The notes beneath the pieces are model-generated. The model was given only the letters and a program-made list of their open reading frames with translations. It did not search any database and was not told the origin of the DNA. A DNA stretch of 63,785 nucleotides, the filler included, from Hyphochytrium catenoides (taxonomy: Eukaryota > Protista > Hyphochytriomycota), in assembly GCA_900088475.1 (NCBI GenBank). It is 9 parts of 9 records of this genome, joined end to end, with 100 filler letters (N's around TTAATTAATTAA, not from the genome) between each part and the next. Parts side by side here need not be neighbours in the genome. Positions count along the whole stretch, not along the records: positions 1 to 14,768 come from FLMG01002014.1; positions 14,869 to 40,349 come from FLMG01001475.1; 7 more parts are not named here. The stretch is one strand, 5' to 3'. Positions 13,906-23,383 of this stretch are shown in pieces. How positions within the stretch are numbered: the first letter of the stretch is position 1; the number at the start of each line of letters is the position of its first letter. The translations under genes and the position numbers were made by a program.

Positions 13906-14340
13906 TTAGAGATGTGGAGAGACGGAGGTACACAAGTATTGAGGGAGAGAGAACAAACAAAGAGGAGAAGGAGTGCAGAGCCCTGATGGAGACATGAGAA
14001 ACATGAGGCAAAAACGAAGCCGACAGCCCAGACGACGGGGGAGGGAGAAGAGAGAGAGACACACACACACAAACTGGGCAGCTCACCTTTCCCTTGAACA
14101 TCATCGACCGAACGTTATTCTTCTTCTTCTTCGGTACGAGAGGCTCCATGGGTTCTGCCTTGAGAGACAGAGTCTCTTCTCGGGAGAGAGAGGAGTGTCA
14201 ATGCGCCGCACAAGGAGCAGCAATAGTAAGAGAAAAGCTGCGTCTCTCTTCTGTTGGCATAGCAAGGTAAGGAAGGGTACCCTTCGTGGAGGAGAGACAG
14301 CAGACAGAGGAGAGAGACACTGGGAGGACAAGAATCAGGG
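10577..14340 (-). CDS. Probable upstream exons of the same gene (basic, Ser-rich and acidic low-complexity N-terminal region)
   Basis: Non-microsatellite islands with splice signals at ~14086-14330, 13543-13745, 12870-13234, 12445-12690, 11336-11445, 10931-10978 and 10577-10633. The last two join in phase into the PH exon (VNGDVPAEKIDSCFDQ|ALEKLTGSFESFTESREH|SIMWNKMQ). A scaffold gap at 11936-12098 interrupts the chain. Confidence 0.55.
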
Positions 14341-14768
14341 TCTTGGGCTCAATGATCTTCAGCTATGCGTGTGATCCCTCCCCTGGCCCGGGCTTGATGT
14401 CTTATCTGCTACAGTGTCCTCTCTCTCTCTCTTTCTTTCTGTCTGTCTCTCTCTTTCTCTCTCTCGTTTCTCTGACTAACCCTCACTGAAGGCCTTGTCT
14501 GGACCCGGGTGGTGGTGCTGCACCTTTTTGGTGGGCCTTTCTATCTAAACTGTCGAGATCTATGTCTCATTCTTCTGCCTAATTTTGTCTCTCTCTCTCT
14601 TTCTGTCTTCTTTGCTCTCATAGAGCAAAAGGACACTTTCAGTCGTTCTCGTCTGGTTCTCTCTCTTCCTCGGAGTGGTGATATCTCAACGCTCTCTCGT
14701 ATCTATAGATCCGTACTATACACCTTGAGGTTCGATACTGTGTATAATACGGTATAAATACAGTATTA

Positions 14769-14868
14769 NNNNNNNNNNNNNNNNNNNNNNNNNNNNNNNN
14801 NNNNNNNNNNNNTTAATTAATTAANNNNNNNNNNNNNNNNNNNNNNNNNNNNNNNNNNNNNNNNNNNN
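14769..14868. other. Synthetic contig spacer N44-TTAATTAATTAA-N44
   Basis: Identical 100-bp cassette with stops in all six frames, repeated at 40350-40449, 49366-49465, 53780-53879, 54948-55047, 56800-56899, 61290-61389 and 62559-62658. Plain N gaps occur at 5110-5160, 11936-12098, 47418-47466, 47963-48003 and 61917-61977. Confidence 0.98.
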
Positions 14869-16020
14869 AATGCCTGTTGATATCCAATCCCCCACGGCCC
14901 AAAAATAGCAAGACATGCGGCAACATAGGATGGTAGTGCGACGTGCTCTAGCCTTGCTAACTACCAGAAAAGTCACTGATTGAGCCTAAACCTTAGCTAT
15001 TAGCTCCTTATAATAATAAAATGAGGAGAGAAGCTCATGATCGTCAAGAGAGAAAAGGGGCTACCCACGATAACATTTGAGGTAGAGTGCTTCAGCCGGA
15101 GCGCTCTAGAGTAAGAGAATGTATTCGTGAGAGAGCCGGTGTTCGTTTGAAAGAGGATACGGAAGAAAGGAATGGAGAAAGAGAGAACCGTAATAGTATA
15201 CGGCAAGAAGGTTAAGCTAGTGAGAAGTAGAACTATGAGAGGATATTTGAGATGAGAGAGAACCCATGCCTCGGAGAAAGAGAGAGAAGTGATTAGAGAA
15301 GAAGACAGACAGATAAGAAGATGAGATGGACAAGACTCTGGACACAAAGAGCACGTGTGAGGGAAAAAAAAAAGAAAAGATTTGAGAAAAGGAGAGTGTA
15401 TGTGATGAGGATAGAGGAAGGGAAAGAGAGGATTAGATGACTATAGAGGACGGAGTAGTAGTATTGTCAGTAGAGAGGCAGAGAGAGGGTTTGTTGTCTT
15501 GATGAAGGAGGTAAAAAGAACAAGAGGTCCTCCGTCGTTCTGAATATTAGGTGGACGATTGATGAGAGCGACGAGAAGAATTCTTCAACAAGGGGCCAAA
15601 CTGCAGGCCAAACTGCAGCAGGGAGATGGAGGAAGGGCCCAAGGACCGATCCAGACAAACTCAATCACCTTCCAATACCATCTTCACCCACGAAGAGCTG
15701 AGCAGGCTGATAATCTTCCTTTGGAATGAATGCATGCTTCAATCTCATCGTTTAGCAGCGGTAGGCTGCCCTTACTTCCCTGCGGCGACCATTCCAAACG
15801 CTGGGTCGAGGCCATAGGATAGCACAAGACGGTGAAGGGATGTATGATAAGGGTGATGATCAAGCCGCAACGATAAGGGTGATGATGGTTCCTAGATCCA
15901 GTAGGAACTAGTGCTCCGCCAACAAGTGCAAGTCTTCTCAACTTCTCAACTTCTGGCAAGGACAGAACGGAAAGGAGACTGCAGACGCAGACTGCAGATT
16001 CTCTTGGGAAGTACAGAATA

Positions 16021-16195
16021 AGTAACCAAAAACTGGTTACTAGACCTACAAATGCCTGACATGTCAGGCGTCGAACAGTACCCATCTTCAGACCTGGGCT
16101 CGACCCAGATACCCTAAAACTTTTCACAAAAATGATTTTTTGGGGTGCCTGACATGTCAGGCCCAACAATGACATGTCCGACGCCTGACACCTAG
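16021..16195. repeat. Palindrome/inverted-repeat cluster, possible MITE or transposon end
   Basis: Hairpin AGTAACCA-N5-TGGTTACT at 16021-16041. Perfect 16-bp palindrome GCCTGACATGTCAGGC at 16054-16069 and 16147-16162. TGTCAGGCGTCGAACA (16062-16077) is inverted against TGTCCGACGCCTGACA (16175-16190) with one mismatch. Confidence 0.8.
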
Positions 16196-16724
16196 TCCCT
16201 CTCGTAGTATTGTACAACGAGATAATTATAGTTTAGGATAATCACTTAGGCCCGCCACAAAGATCAGAGGACAGGTCGCTACTGTTTTGCATTTTTAGCT
16301 TATTAGACAGCACAACTTTTTGTACCAAAATAAACAAAAAAATCATCACACTGTTTTATAAAAATTATAGCATCCTTGTTTCTTTTCTTCTTCCTCTTCT
16401 TCTACTTCCTCCTCTTCTTCTTTTTTGTCTTCCTCCTCTTCTTCTTCTTCTTTCGTCATCTTTTACTTCTTCCTTTACTTCTCAGTAGTTATTAGTAGTA
16501 GCTATAAAAAAATGAAAAAGAATTCAAAAAGGTTGGCCATCGTAACAGTCTCCACAGCTCTCTCTGTCTCCACTGCCCTTCCCTCCCTCCATTTCTCCCT
16601 CGCTGTTTTCCTTTCCCAACAGGTAGAATAACTAGGTCTTCTTACGTGGAGTCGACAGCAGTGGTTGCGTCTCCCCTGGACAAGCCTTTTCATAGACAAA
16701 GAAAAACCGTTGATGATATCTCAG

Positions 16725-19700
16725 GCGTAACGTTAGAGATGTCCTGTCTCTCCCTTCTCTGTTATGTCACTCATCTGTCTCTGTCTTCTGTAACGATGAT
16801 AACATCTATGCAGGCACTGACTGGCCCAGTCCATGACCCTATCTCCTTGTCCCACTGTCTTTCCCTTTCTGGCCGCCTCTGGTCGAACCTTCTCTTCTCT
16901 TTTCCTACTCATTCTCTTGCCTTGTTCTCCCTGACGTTTCTTAAATAATAACCTCACCCACTACTAGAACTACTACTATTGTTTTTGGCGAGTGAACTCC
17001 TTCTACTGTTTTGTCTCTCCCTGGGATGCCTGCTTGTTCTTTCTTTTCCTCTACCTTTTGCTGTCCTCTTATGAGGCTCCTCGCCCTTCTGACTCACAAT
17101 CAACTAGTTGTTCTACCGTAGTACCAGGTGGCACGAAGTAGGAGACGAATAAGCCTTTCCTCTCTTTCCTCTCCTCGTGCTCTCTCCCTTGTTCTCACAC
17201 GCACTCTCTGTCTCTCGACTTTTCTCTTTCTGTCTGTCTTTCTGTCCTCTCTCTCTTTTTGTCAAACGCCTCGGACTAGGCCAAACGAGGATCTTCATGC
17301 TCGTTGCTAGCTACAAATCGTAATGGCTGGGAAGGAGAGCAGCAGCTTCCTTAGAGCCTCCCCAACAGCCGAAAAGAGAGACATGGGCTGGTCGATGATG
17401 GGAGAAAGGCTTGTCAGAGACGTTACTCAACGTGCGGTTGTGACTTCAAAAATAGATCTGCAAAAAGTAACGGAAGGGGCGGGCGGGCCGTGGTTACAGG
17501 GGATGGTGCTCTCGCCCTGGCCCATCAGTAACGTCCTGCAGCCGACCGCTGCTTCATTCCCTTGCTGAATGAATTCCATCTGCTATCTCCAAGTGCGTAC
17601 ACCTCTAAGATGAGGAGGACCTACTAGGAGCCCGTAGGAGGGTTCGATGGTTCTGAGGGAAGAGAGGGCGAGGAGAGAAGAAAAGAAGGGCATGGTTCTT
17701 TGAACTCAGATAAAGCAAAGAACCCTCGATCTCTTCTTGGACATCCTGAGTAGTGTTTAGGACTTATGGTACCTTCTACACGTTTGACAGGTCTCTCAGC
17801 ACGGGCCAATTAATATCATCGTGTAGTTCGCCCATCATAAACCCTGACTGATTGCTACAGAACGACATGCCTTGCCGCCACAGCTCCGCCTTAGGTCGAC
17901 TGATCACCTATTAGCTTCCTAGCTCTTCTTATATCTGAGTGTCCAAGCAGCGGGTAGATTCACTCATTTCATTTCTCTGCTGGTTTCTCACCTTTCTCTT
18001 GGTCTGTCTACCTCCTGCGCTCTGTGTTCAATATGTCGTCGCTCCAGCTATTCTTTACTCTAATCTCTCCAATACATTGGGTATTGCTAGCCTTCAGACC
18101 GTCAAAGTCTTCTCTCTCTCTCTCTCTCTTTCTCTGCTTCTCTCTCTCTCCTCTCTCTGTCCCTTTGTGCCTCTCTCTCTTCTTTATGTCTTGAATATGC
18201 ACTTCCTGTGACGTCTAGCGCTGTGACGTCTAGCAGTGCCAAAAATAAGTCAGTCTAGATTGCAACTTTCTTTATCGCTCCAACAGCTGCTGAAACCATT
18301 TCTGCGCCACTCGCGTGCTCAGCAAAAAGCATGAGCGCAAGCGGCAAGCTTTCGATACGGAAAGATGAATCGCTAAATGGCACGGGCGTGGCCCAGTTAA
18401 GCAAGGAGGACCAACAATCGGATCCTAAGGCGTACAGCCCGGGCCGCGCTGATATTTGGATGCTAGGTCTCACCATCGTAATCGGCGGTCAATATTTCAG
18501 CTGGAATGCAGGCCTGGCCGCGGGTGTCTATAGCTATCTCTTCTGTTACTTGCTCACGTCGGCTGGCTATATCATCCTTTGCTTCTGCGCTGCCGAGCTC
18601 AGTGGCAATCTTCCTTTTGCTGGAGGCTCCTATGGTCTCTGCAGATGTACGCTAGGGTTCCTACCGGCTTTCCTGATCGGAGGCGCTGAGGCGCTAGAGT
18701 ACATCGCCTACGTCGCAACTTCAGTCGTGACCTTCATTCGCATGATAGTCATGACTGTTCCTAGTCTAGAAGGCTATGAGCCATTGCTCTGGCTGCTCTT
18801 CTATCTCAGCGCCTGCCCATACACATCCTTGGCGGCAGGACCTTTTGGTACTTTAACTGGATCATTGGCGTCCCATCCACGATCATCCTGTTGATCTACT
18901 GCTTCGGCTCGCTTCCCTATGCGGACTTTGCCACAAACGTGGCTGCTCACGGTATCGGTGAGTTTGAGGGCGGCATGGATCGCTTTATGAAGATGTTGCC
19001 CATTGCTCCGTGGTTCTATGTTGGTGTCGAGGCGTTGCCGATGGTCTGCGATCAGGTTCGTCAGCCAAAGAAGGTTGTTCCGTTCGCGCAGGCTCTCTGT
19101 GTGCTGACTCTGTTTGTGACGGGCACCATGACGTACTTTGTCACGGTTTCCTTGCCTCCTCCCGAAGAGTTTGACGACGAAGGCAATAGGATCCCTGTCT
19201 CTAGCGTCCTGCTTCCCTTCGACAACGGCTTCTCGCGCATGTTTGACATGAGCATAAACACCTCAACTATTCTTTCTCTACCCGCGACATATGCTACGGC
19301 TTTCGGGTTTATGTGGTGCTACGGCAAGCTGATCTTGGCTATGGCAAACTCACGGCTGCTGCCTCCTAAGCTAGGAGAGATGTCTAGGTTCAATACTCCT
19401 GCTCTCGGAATCACCGCTGGCACTCTTCTGAGCTATCTGATGTGCTTACTGGTTGCCTTCATCCCCGTGGTCGAGCAGTATCTCTTCAACATTTGCATTA
19501 CGAGTGGCTTTGCCGCGTACATCGGTCGACTGGTCGGATACATTGCCATGAAGAAGAACTATTTCAAGTCAAACAACGCCAGCACGTTCCGTAGCCCTTT
19601 TGGCATTCCTGGGGCACTCGTCGGGCTTGTTATCTGGACCATGTCACTGGTGGGCTCGCTTGGCTTCCAAGGGCGTGCCTTCTACGACGCTCTAATCTTT

Positions 19701-20140
19701 TTCTTGGTCTTCATTGGAATGGTGGTGTACTACTATGTTTATGCAAGGACCCGCCAGACGTTATCTGCAGAAGAGAACAAAGTGCTACTGGTTGCGCATG
19801 TGATGAGGTTCAACAAGAGTAACACGAAGACCAAGAGCAGCGACAAGAAGATTCATGCCTCCAACCACTCTCAGTCGACTCACAAGTCTAAAGGTTCTTC
19901 TAGTTAAGCCTTCCGTCGAGGTCGGCGCACGAGCGACATGAAAAGAAAAGAGAAGAAGGTAGTACGATCCAAGCAATCGGCGTCACAAAGGTCTTTGGAA
20001 AGATTGAGGAAGACAAGATCTTCAGGCGAAGAAGAAGCATCATAGAACCGTCTTCCAGGCTAAGCTTTCCGTATATAATCTCTGAATGATGATAATACTG
20101 GATAACAAGTAGTCACATCCCTCCTCTTGTTCGTTCTCCG
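16725..20140 (+). repeat. Segmental duplication copy A (~3.4 kb: 1.6 kb upstream + permease + 3' flank)
   Basis: Colinear with ~29931-33300; shared blocks include CGTAACGTTA.AGATG, CCGCCTCTGGTCGAACCTTCTCTTCTC, TCGTAATGGCTGGGAAGGAGAGCAGCAGCTTCCTTAGAGC and GAAGAAGAAGCATCATAGAACCGTCTTC. Confidence 0.92.
18331..19907 (+). pseudogene. APC-superfamily amino-acid permease copy 1 with a 1-nt frameshift
   Basis: Two ORFs (18331-18894, 18891-19907) together match the 525-aa copy 2. Copy 1 reads CTCAGCGCC-TGCCC at ~18812 versus CTCAGCGCCCTGCC in copies 2 and 3. No other lesion, so an assembly error is possible. Confidence 0.85.
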
Positions 20141-23100
20141 CAGCTATTGTTGTCCTTCTCTCCTCGCTGCTCTCCTACTGCTATTAGCTTCCGTCGAATG
20201 GCCGCCATACCTGCATACAGCAACATCAGGAAGTTCCAGGCTTCTTTAGTCCCTCACTCACGAGAGACGCAGAAGTCTTCTTATCTGCTGGCGGCTAGCG
20301 AGTCACTGCCATCTGTTCTCCTCTTCCTACACTATAGACAATGAATTACCTGGACCACAAAAATACGCAGGGACTGCCTGCTCAACATCTCATATGCGGG
20401 GAGTGCACATGGGTGCGCACAATACGCCTTCTCTTGGCATCACGGTGTCCTCTCCCACAGCGCTCGTTATTAACATGGCTCCCAGGGGTTCTCTCCTTCA
20501 ATTAGTTAGATGAAAGCCTTTCCCTAGGTCTGACAGTACAGTTTCCTCTGTCCCGCCAAAAACGATCTCATCATTGCCATTCAGCAGAGATAGCATGTAT
20601 CGATTATCTCTAGGGTCCTATGTTTGACTGGAATAGGATGGAAGCATACATTCTGTTGTTAGCCTTCTTTTGGTGCCGAGCACAGCAATAAGCGACGTGG
20701 CCGCCGCCATCGGTCTTCGGCTGATGATGAAAGCGATGAGAATGTATTTGTACCTCAACTATAGGGCCTGGTATAGAGAGAGCCACGAAATGCTTTGACA
20801 TCTCGCTAGCCACCGCGAGTGCTATCACCATAATAGCCATTCTTGAGCTTCCTAGTTGTGGCACGTGTACCCTGAATAGTAAAAAATCCCATGAGGAGGT
20901 CAGAGATGATATCAAAGACAATTGATGCACGCAAGACGTCTTATAAGCGCGATGCTTGTCCCTTATAATCTCTCTGAACTTTTTGCTCAGCTCTTTCATT
21001 GCCCTTCTTGTCTTGGGCCCCTTCTTGATGGCCATACCAAGCGAAGCACTCAGGTCGGCCAAAAACTGCTCGGACTCTGGTGCTGCTTGTGCAAGAGTTG
21101 TCGGAGAGTGATTTACAGAGGGTTTGTTGTTGATGAACGTCGAGATTTGGGTCCAACGACTGCTCTCGGAACTGCTGTAGTTCTGCGGAAACGGTGTCCC
21201 AAGGTTGCGTAGAGTTCATGGTACTGGCTAGGTACTAATGTCATTGACCTCCGATACAGGCAGCAGATGCCAAAGTTCTGCAGACAGATCCGTCGCAGCT
21301 CACGGTCAGTCACGCTTTCTAGCTTAATGGAAGCAAGTTGAGCTTTGAGATTGTCTGAGATCGGCAAGGGATCTATTACCTTCACTATCATGGGGAAGAT
21401 TCTCGTCTAAAACTGAAGAAGCTCGACTGAACCAGAGTGCGTTGCCCATGGCTGGCTGGTCGATGCTGGAAGCAATCTTGCTGGAGGTCTTGCTTGAACT
21501 GATGGAGTGCTTTTGGGAAAGATCAATCAATCCCGAAAGGCTGTTGCTGCTGTCGGCGGCAGCAGTACTTTGTTGCCATTAAGCATTAATATTTTGACTG
21601 TCAGATATGTAAGAACAGTAAGGTTCTTACGAAGCGAGTGCACAGAGTAAGCGAAGGTTCCTGCTAGTAAGGGAGAGGTTGTAGAATATCTTCTAAGGTC
21701 AATGGTGTGACACTGTTGTTGATGCCATTGAAAATAGTGGAGTGAGCAGTGAAGGAAAATGGTAACCTCACTGTCCCTATACCTAAGAGTCCTCTCATGG
21801 TACCTACTTCATAGAGAGTTCTTAGGAGTAAGAAAAATATGATAGAAGCAAGAAGATGAAGAAGGAGAAGAAGAGAAAAACTACGAATGTGGCAAATCTG
21901 TCCAGATTCACTGGCTTAGAGTGCCTCTGAGGCACGTGTAAGTGCCAGTGTACTGTGGTCATACGATGAGGCTTTATGGCATAAATCTTGTTACACGTAT
22001 AATACTGGCTGCCATCAGTCAACGCCTGTCAAGCTTGCCCCATTGATCATCGTATCTCAAGTGTGAGAGTCCCACATGTTCCAACAGATAGCGAGTTAAC
22101 TGGCAGGCTACAGGTTTACAGGCACTTTCTAGGTAATCACTGCATGTGAAACGGCTTATTCAGAGGCATCTCCAGGAGTGGTGGTGATAACGAAACACTA
22201 ATCTTTTGTGGGCTCGTAGATAGTGGTAGCAGTAAATGAACTTGAAGCTTGTTACTCATCAATGGCCTCGTGTCAGAATGAACCTCTATTCATATATAAT
22301 CCGAGACTCTTAGGGTTAGGGTTAAAAATGAAAAGTCCAGATGTTGTTGAACGTGCCGCACCTTTGTACTACCAGCACTTATATTGATGACTCTTCGTTC
22401 GTTGTTGGATGACGAAGACCAAGATGTTGCGGCGCTACACGAAGGCGGCGGTGGTGGTGGTGTCTGCTGTACGCCGCGGCGCCATCATGTTGTGCCGTTG
22501 TCATTCACTGCTTCCATGTTTGGTGCCTGGTAGGGTAGTTGTGGTGATGACGTTCTCGGTGTCGTGACCATTTTTAACATCGTGGACGCAGCAGCAACAT
22601 TATTGAAGAAGTAACAAGATATAGAGGATACTTTGACGCTCACTAGTAGTAGGTAGGGGCGGCGAGCTTCAGTAGCGGCGAGCTTCAGTAGTCAGCGTCG
22701 TCTTCTATCAGTACTAACTCTTCAGTCCTCACGTTTTTCAACAACAAGGTCGGGCTCGGCTTGTTGCACATCTGCCTCTTCTTGTCTTCTAAGCTAGTAA
22801 GTAGTGAACCTGCTCTTCTGTGAGACAGTTCATCATTCAATCAGATCTGGGGCCTTGTAGAAGGTGACGACGGACGTGGTAGTAGTAGTAAATAACAAAA
22901 AAAAACTTCCGGGCAACCAACTGGCTAATGCTCTCAAAGAGTATGCAGACAGTATTCTCCGTTCTCCAGAAAGAGCCAATAACGGTAAGCCTCACTTTTT
23001 ACCTCAAAAAGAGGTCTTTGCGGTCTTTGACCGTTGAGCTTTCTTACTCGAAATAGTTGTTATTCCGGTTGTGGAACACTAAATCCAGGATGGGCACAAG

Positions 23101-23196
23101 TACAAGTATTGTAGAACTAACTCGCAAATAATCTCCTGCTGTAAGGCTTAGCACAATCATTATCACATTTGAAACGTCCGGCCAACCAAGGTCACA

Positions 23197-23265
23197 CAGA
23201 AAAATCTGTCAGTTCTGACCAACGTAACTCGCAGAAAAATCTGTCAGTTCTGACCAACGTAACTC
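23197..23265 (+). repeat. Direct tandem repeat, 2 x 34 bp (period 35), ~120 bp upstream of the RING gene
   Basis: CAGAAAAATCTGTCAGTTCTGACCAACGTAACTC at 23197-23230 and 23232-23265; each unit contains the dyad GTCAG-TT-CTGAC. Confidence 0.9.
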
Positions 23266-23383
23266 TTCTTCTACCATTCTTTTTTTCCGGAGCCGACTTT
23301 CTTCCGAAGCTCAGTGTTCAGCTTTCCTGTCAACAGCAAAGTCATCTTGATACCCGCATACCACAGGAGAAGCCGTCACTATT

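Larger units (their letters stand above)
1..14500. repeat. Dense (GA)n/(CT)n microsatellite filling introns and intergenic DNA (also 53880-54947 and 56900-61289)
   Basis: Long perfect and imperfect dinucleotide runs, e.g. 5670-5720, 5880-5960, 6104-6153, 12310-12407, 58150-58230, 58885-58942. Confidence 0.98.

Noticed and set aside
2753-14489. Dozens of ORF-track entries rich in RERERE or LSLSLS (also 54142-54924 and 56848-61063)
   Set aside because: They are translations of stop-free GA/CT microsatellites in introns or antisense to real exons.
14727-14745. GGTTCGATAC as a tRNA T-loop or B-box
   Set aside because: No paired T-stem, acceptor stem or anticodon arm can be built.
14813-14824. 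TTAATTAATTAA as a biological repeat or piggyBac TTAA target
   Set aside because: Always centred in exactly 44+44 Ns; a synthetic six-frame stop linker.
17265-18330. TPP or other riboswitch upstream of the permease
   Set aside because: TPP consensus elements (CUGAGA, CCUGAU...UAAU...GCG.AGGGA) were not found.
18805-18895. Programmed frameshift in permease copy 1
   Set aside because: No slippery heptamer, and the paralogues simply contain the missing base.
23197-23265. 34-bp partly palindromic repeat as a CRISPR array
   Set aside because: Only two copies separated by 1 nt, no spacer, no cas genes, eukaryotic context.
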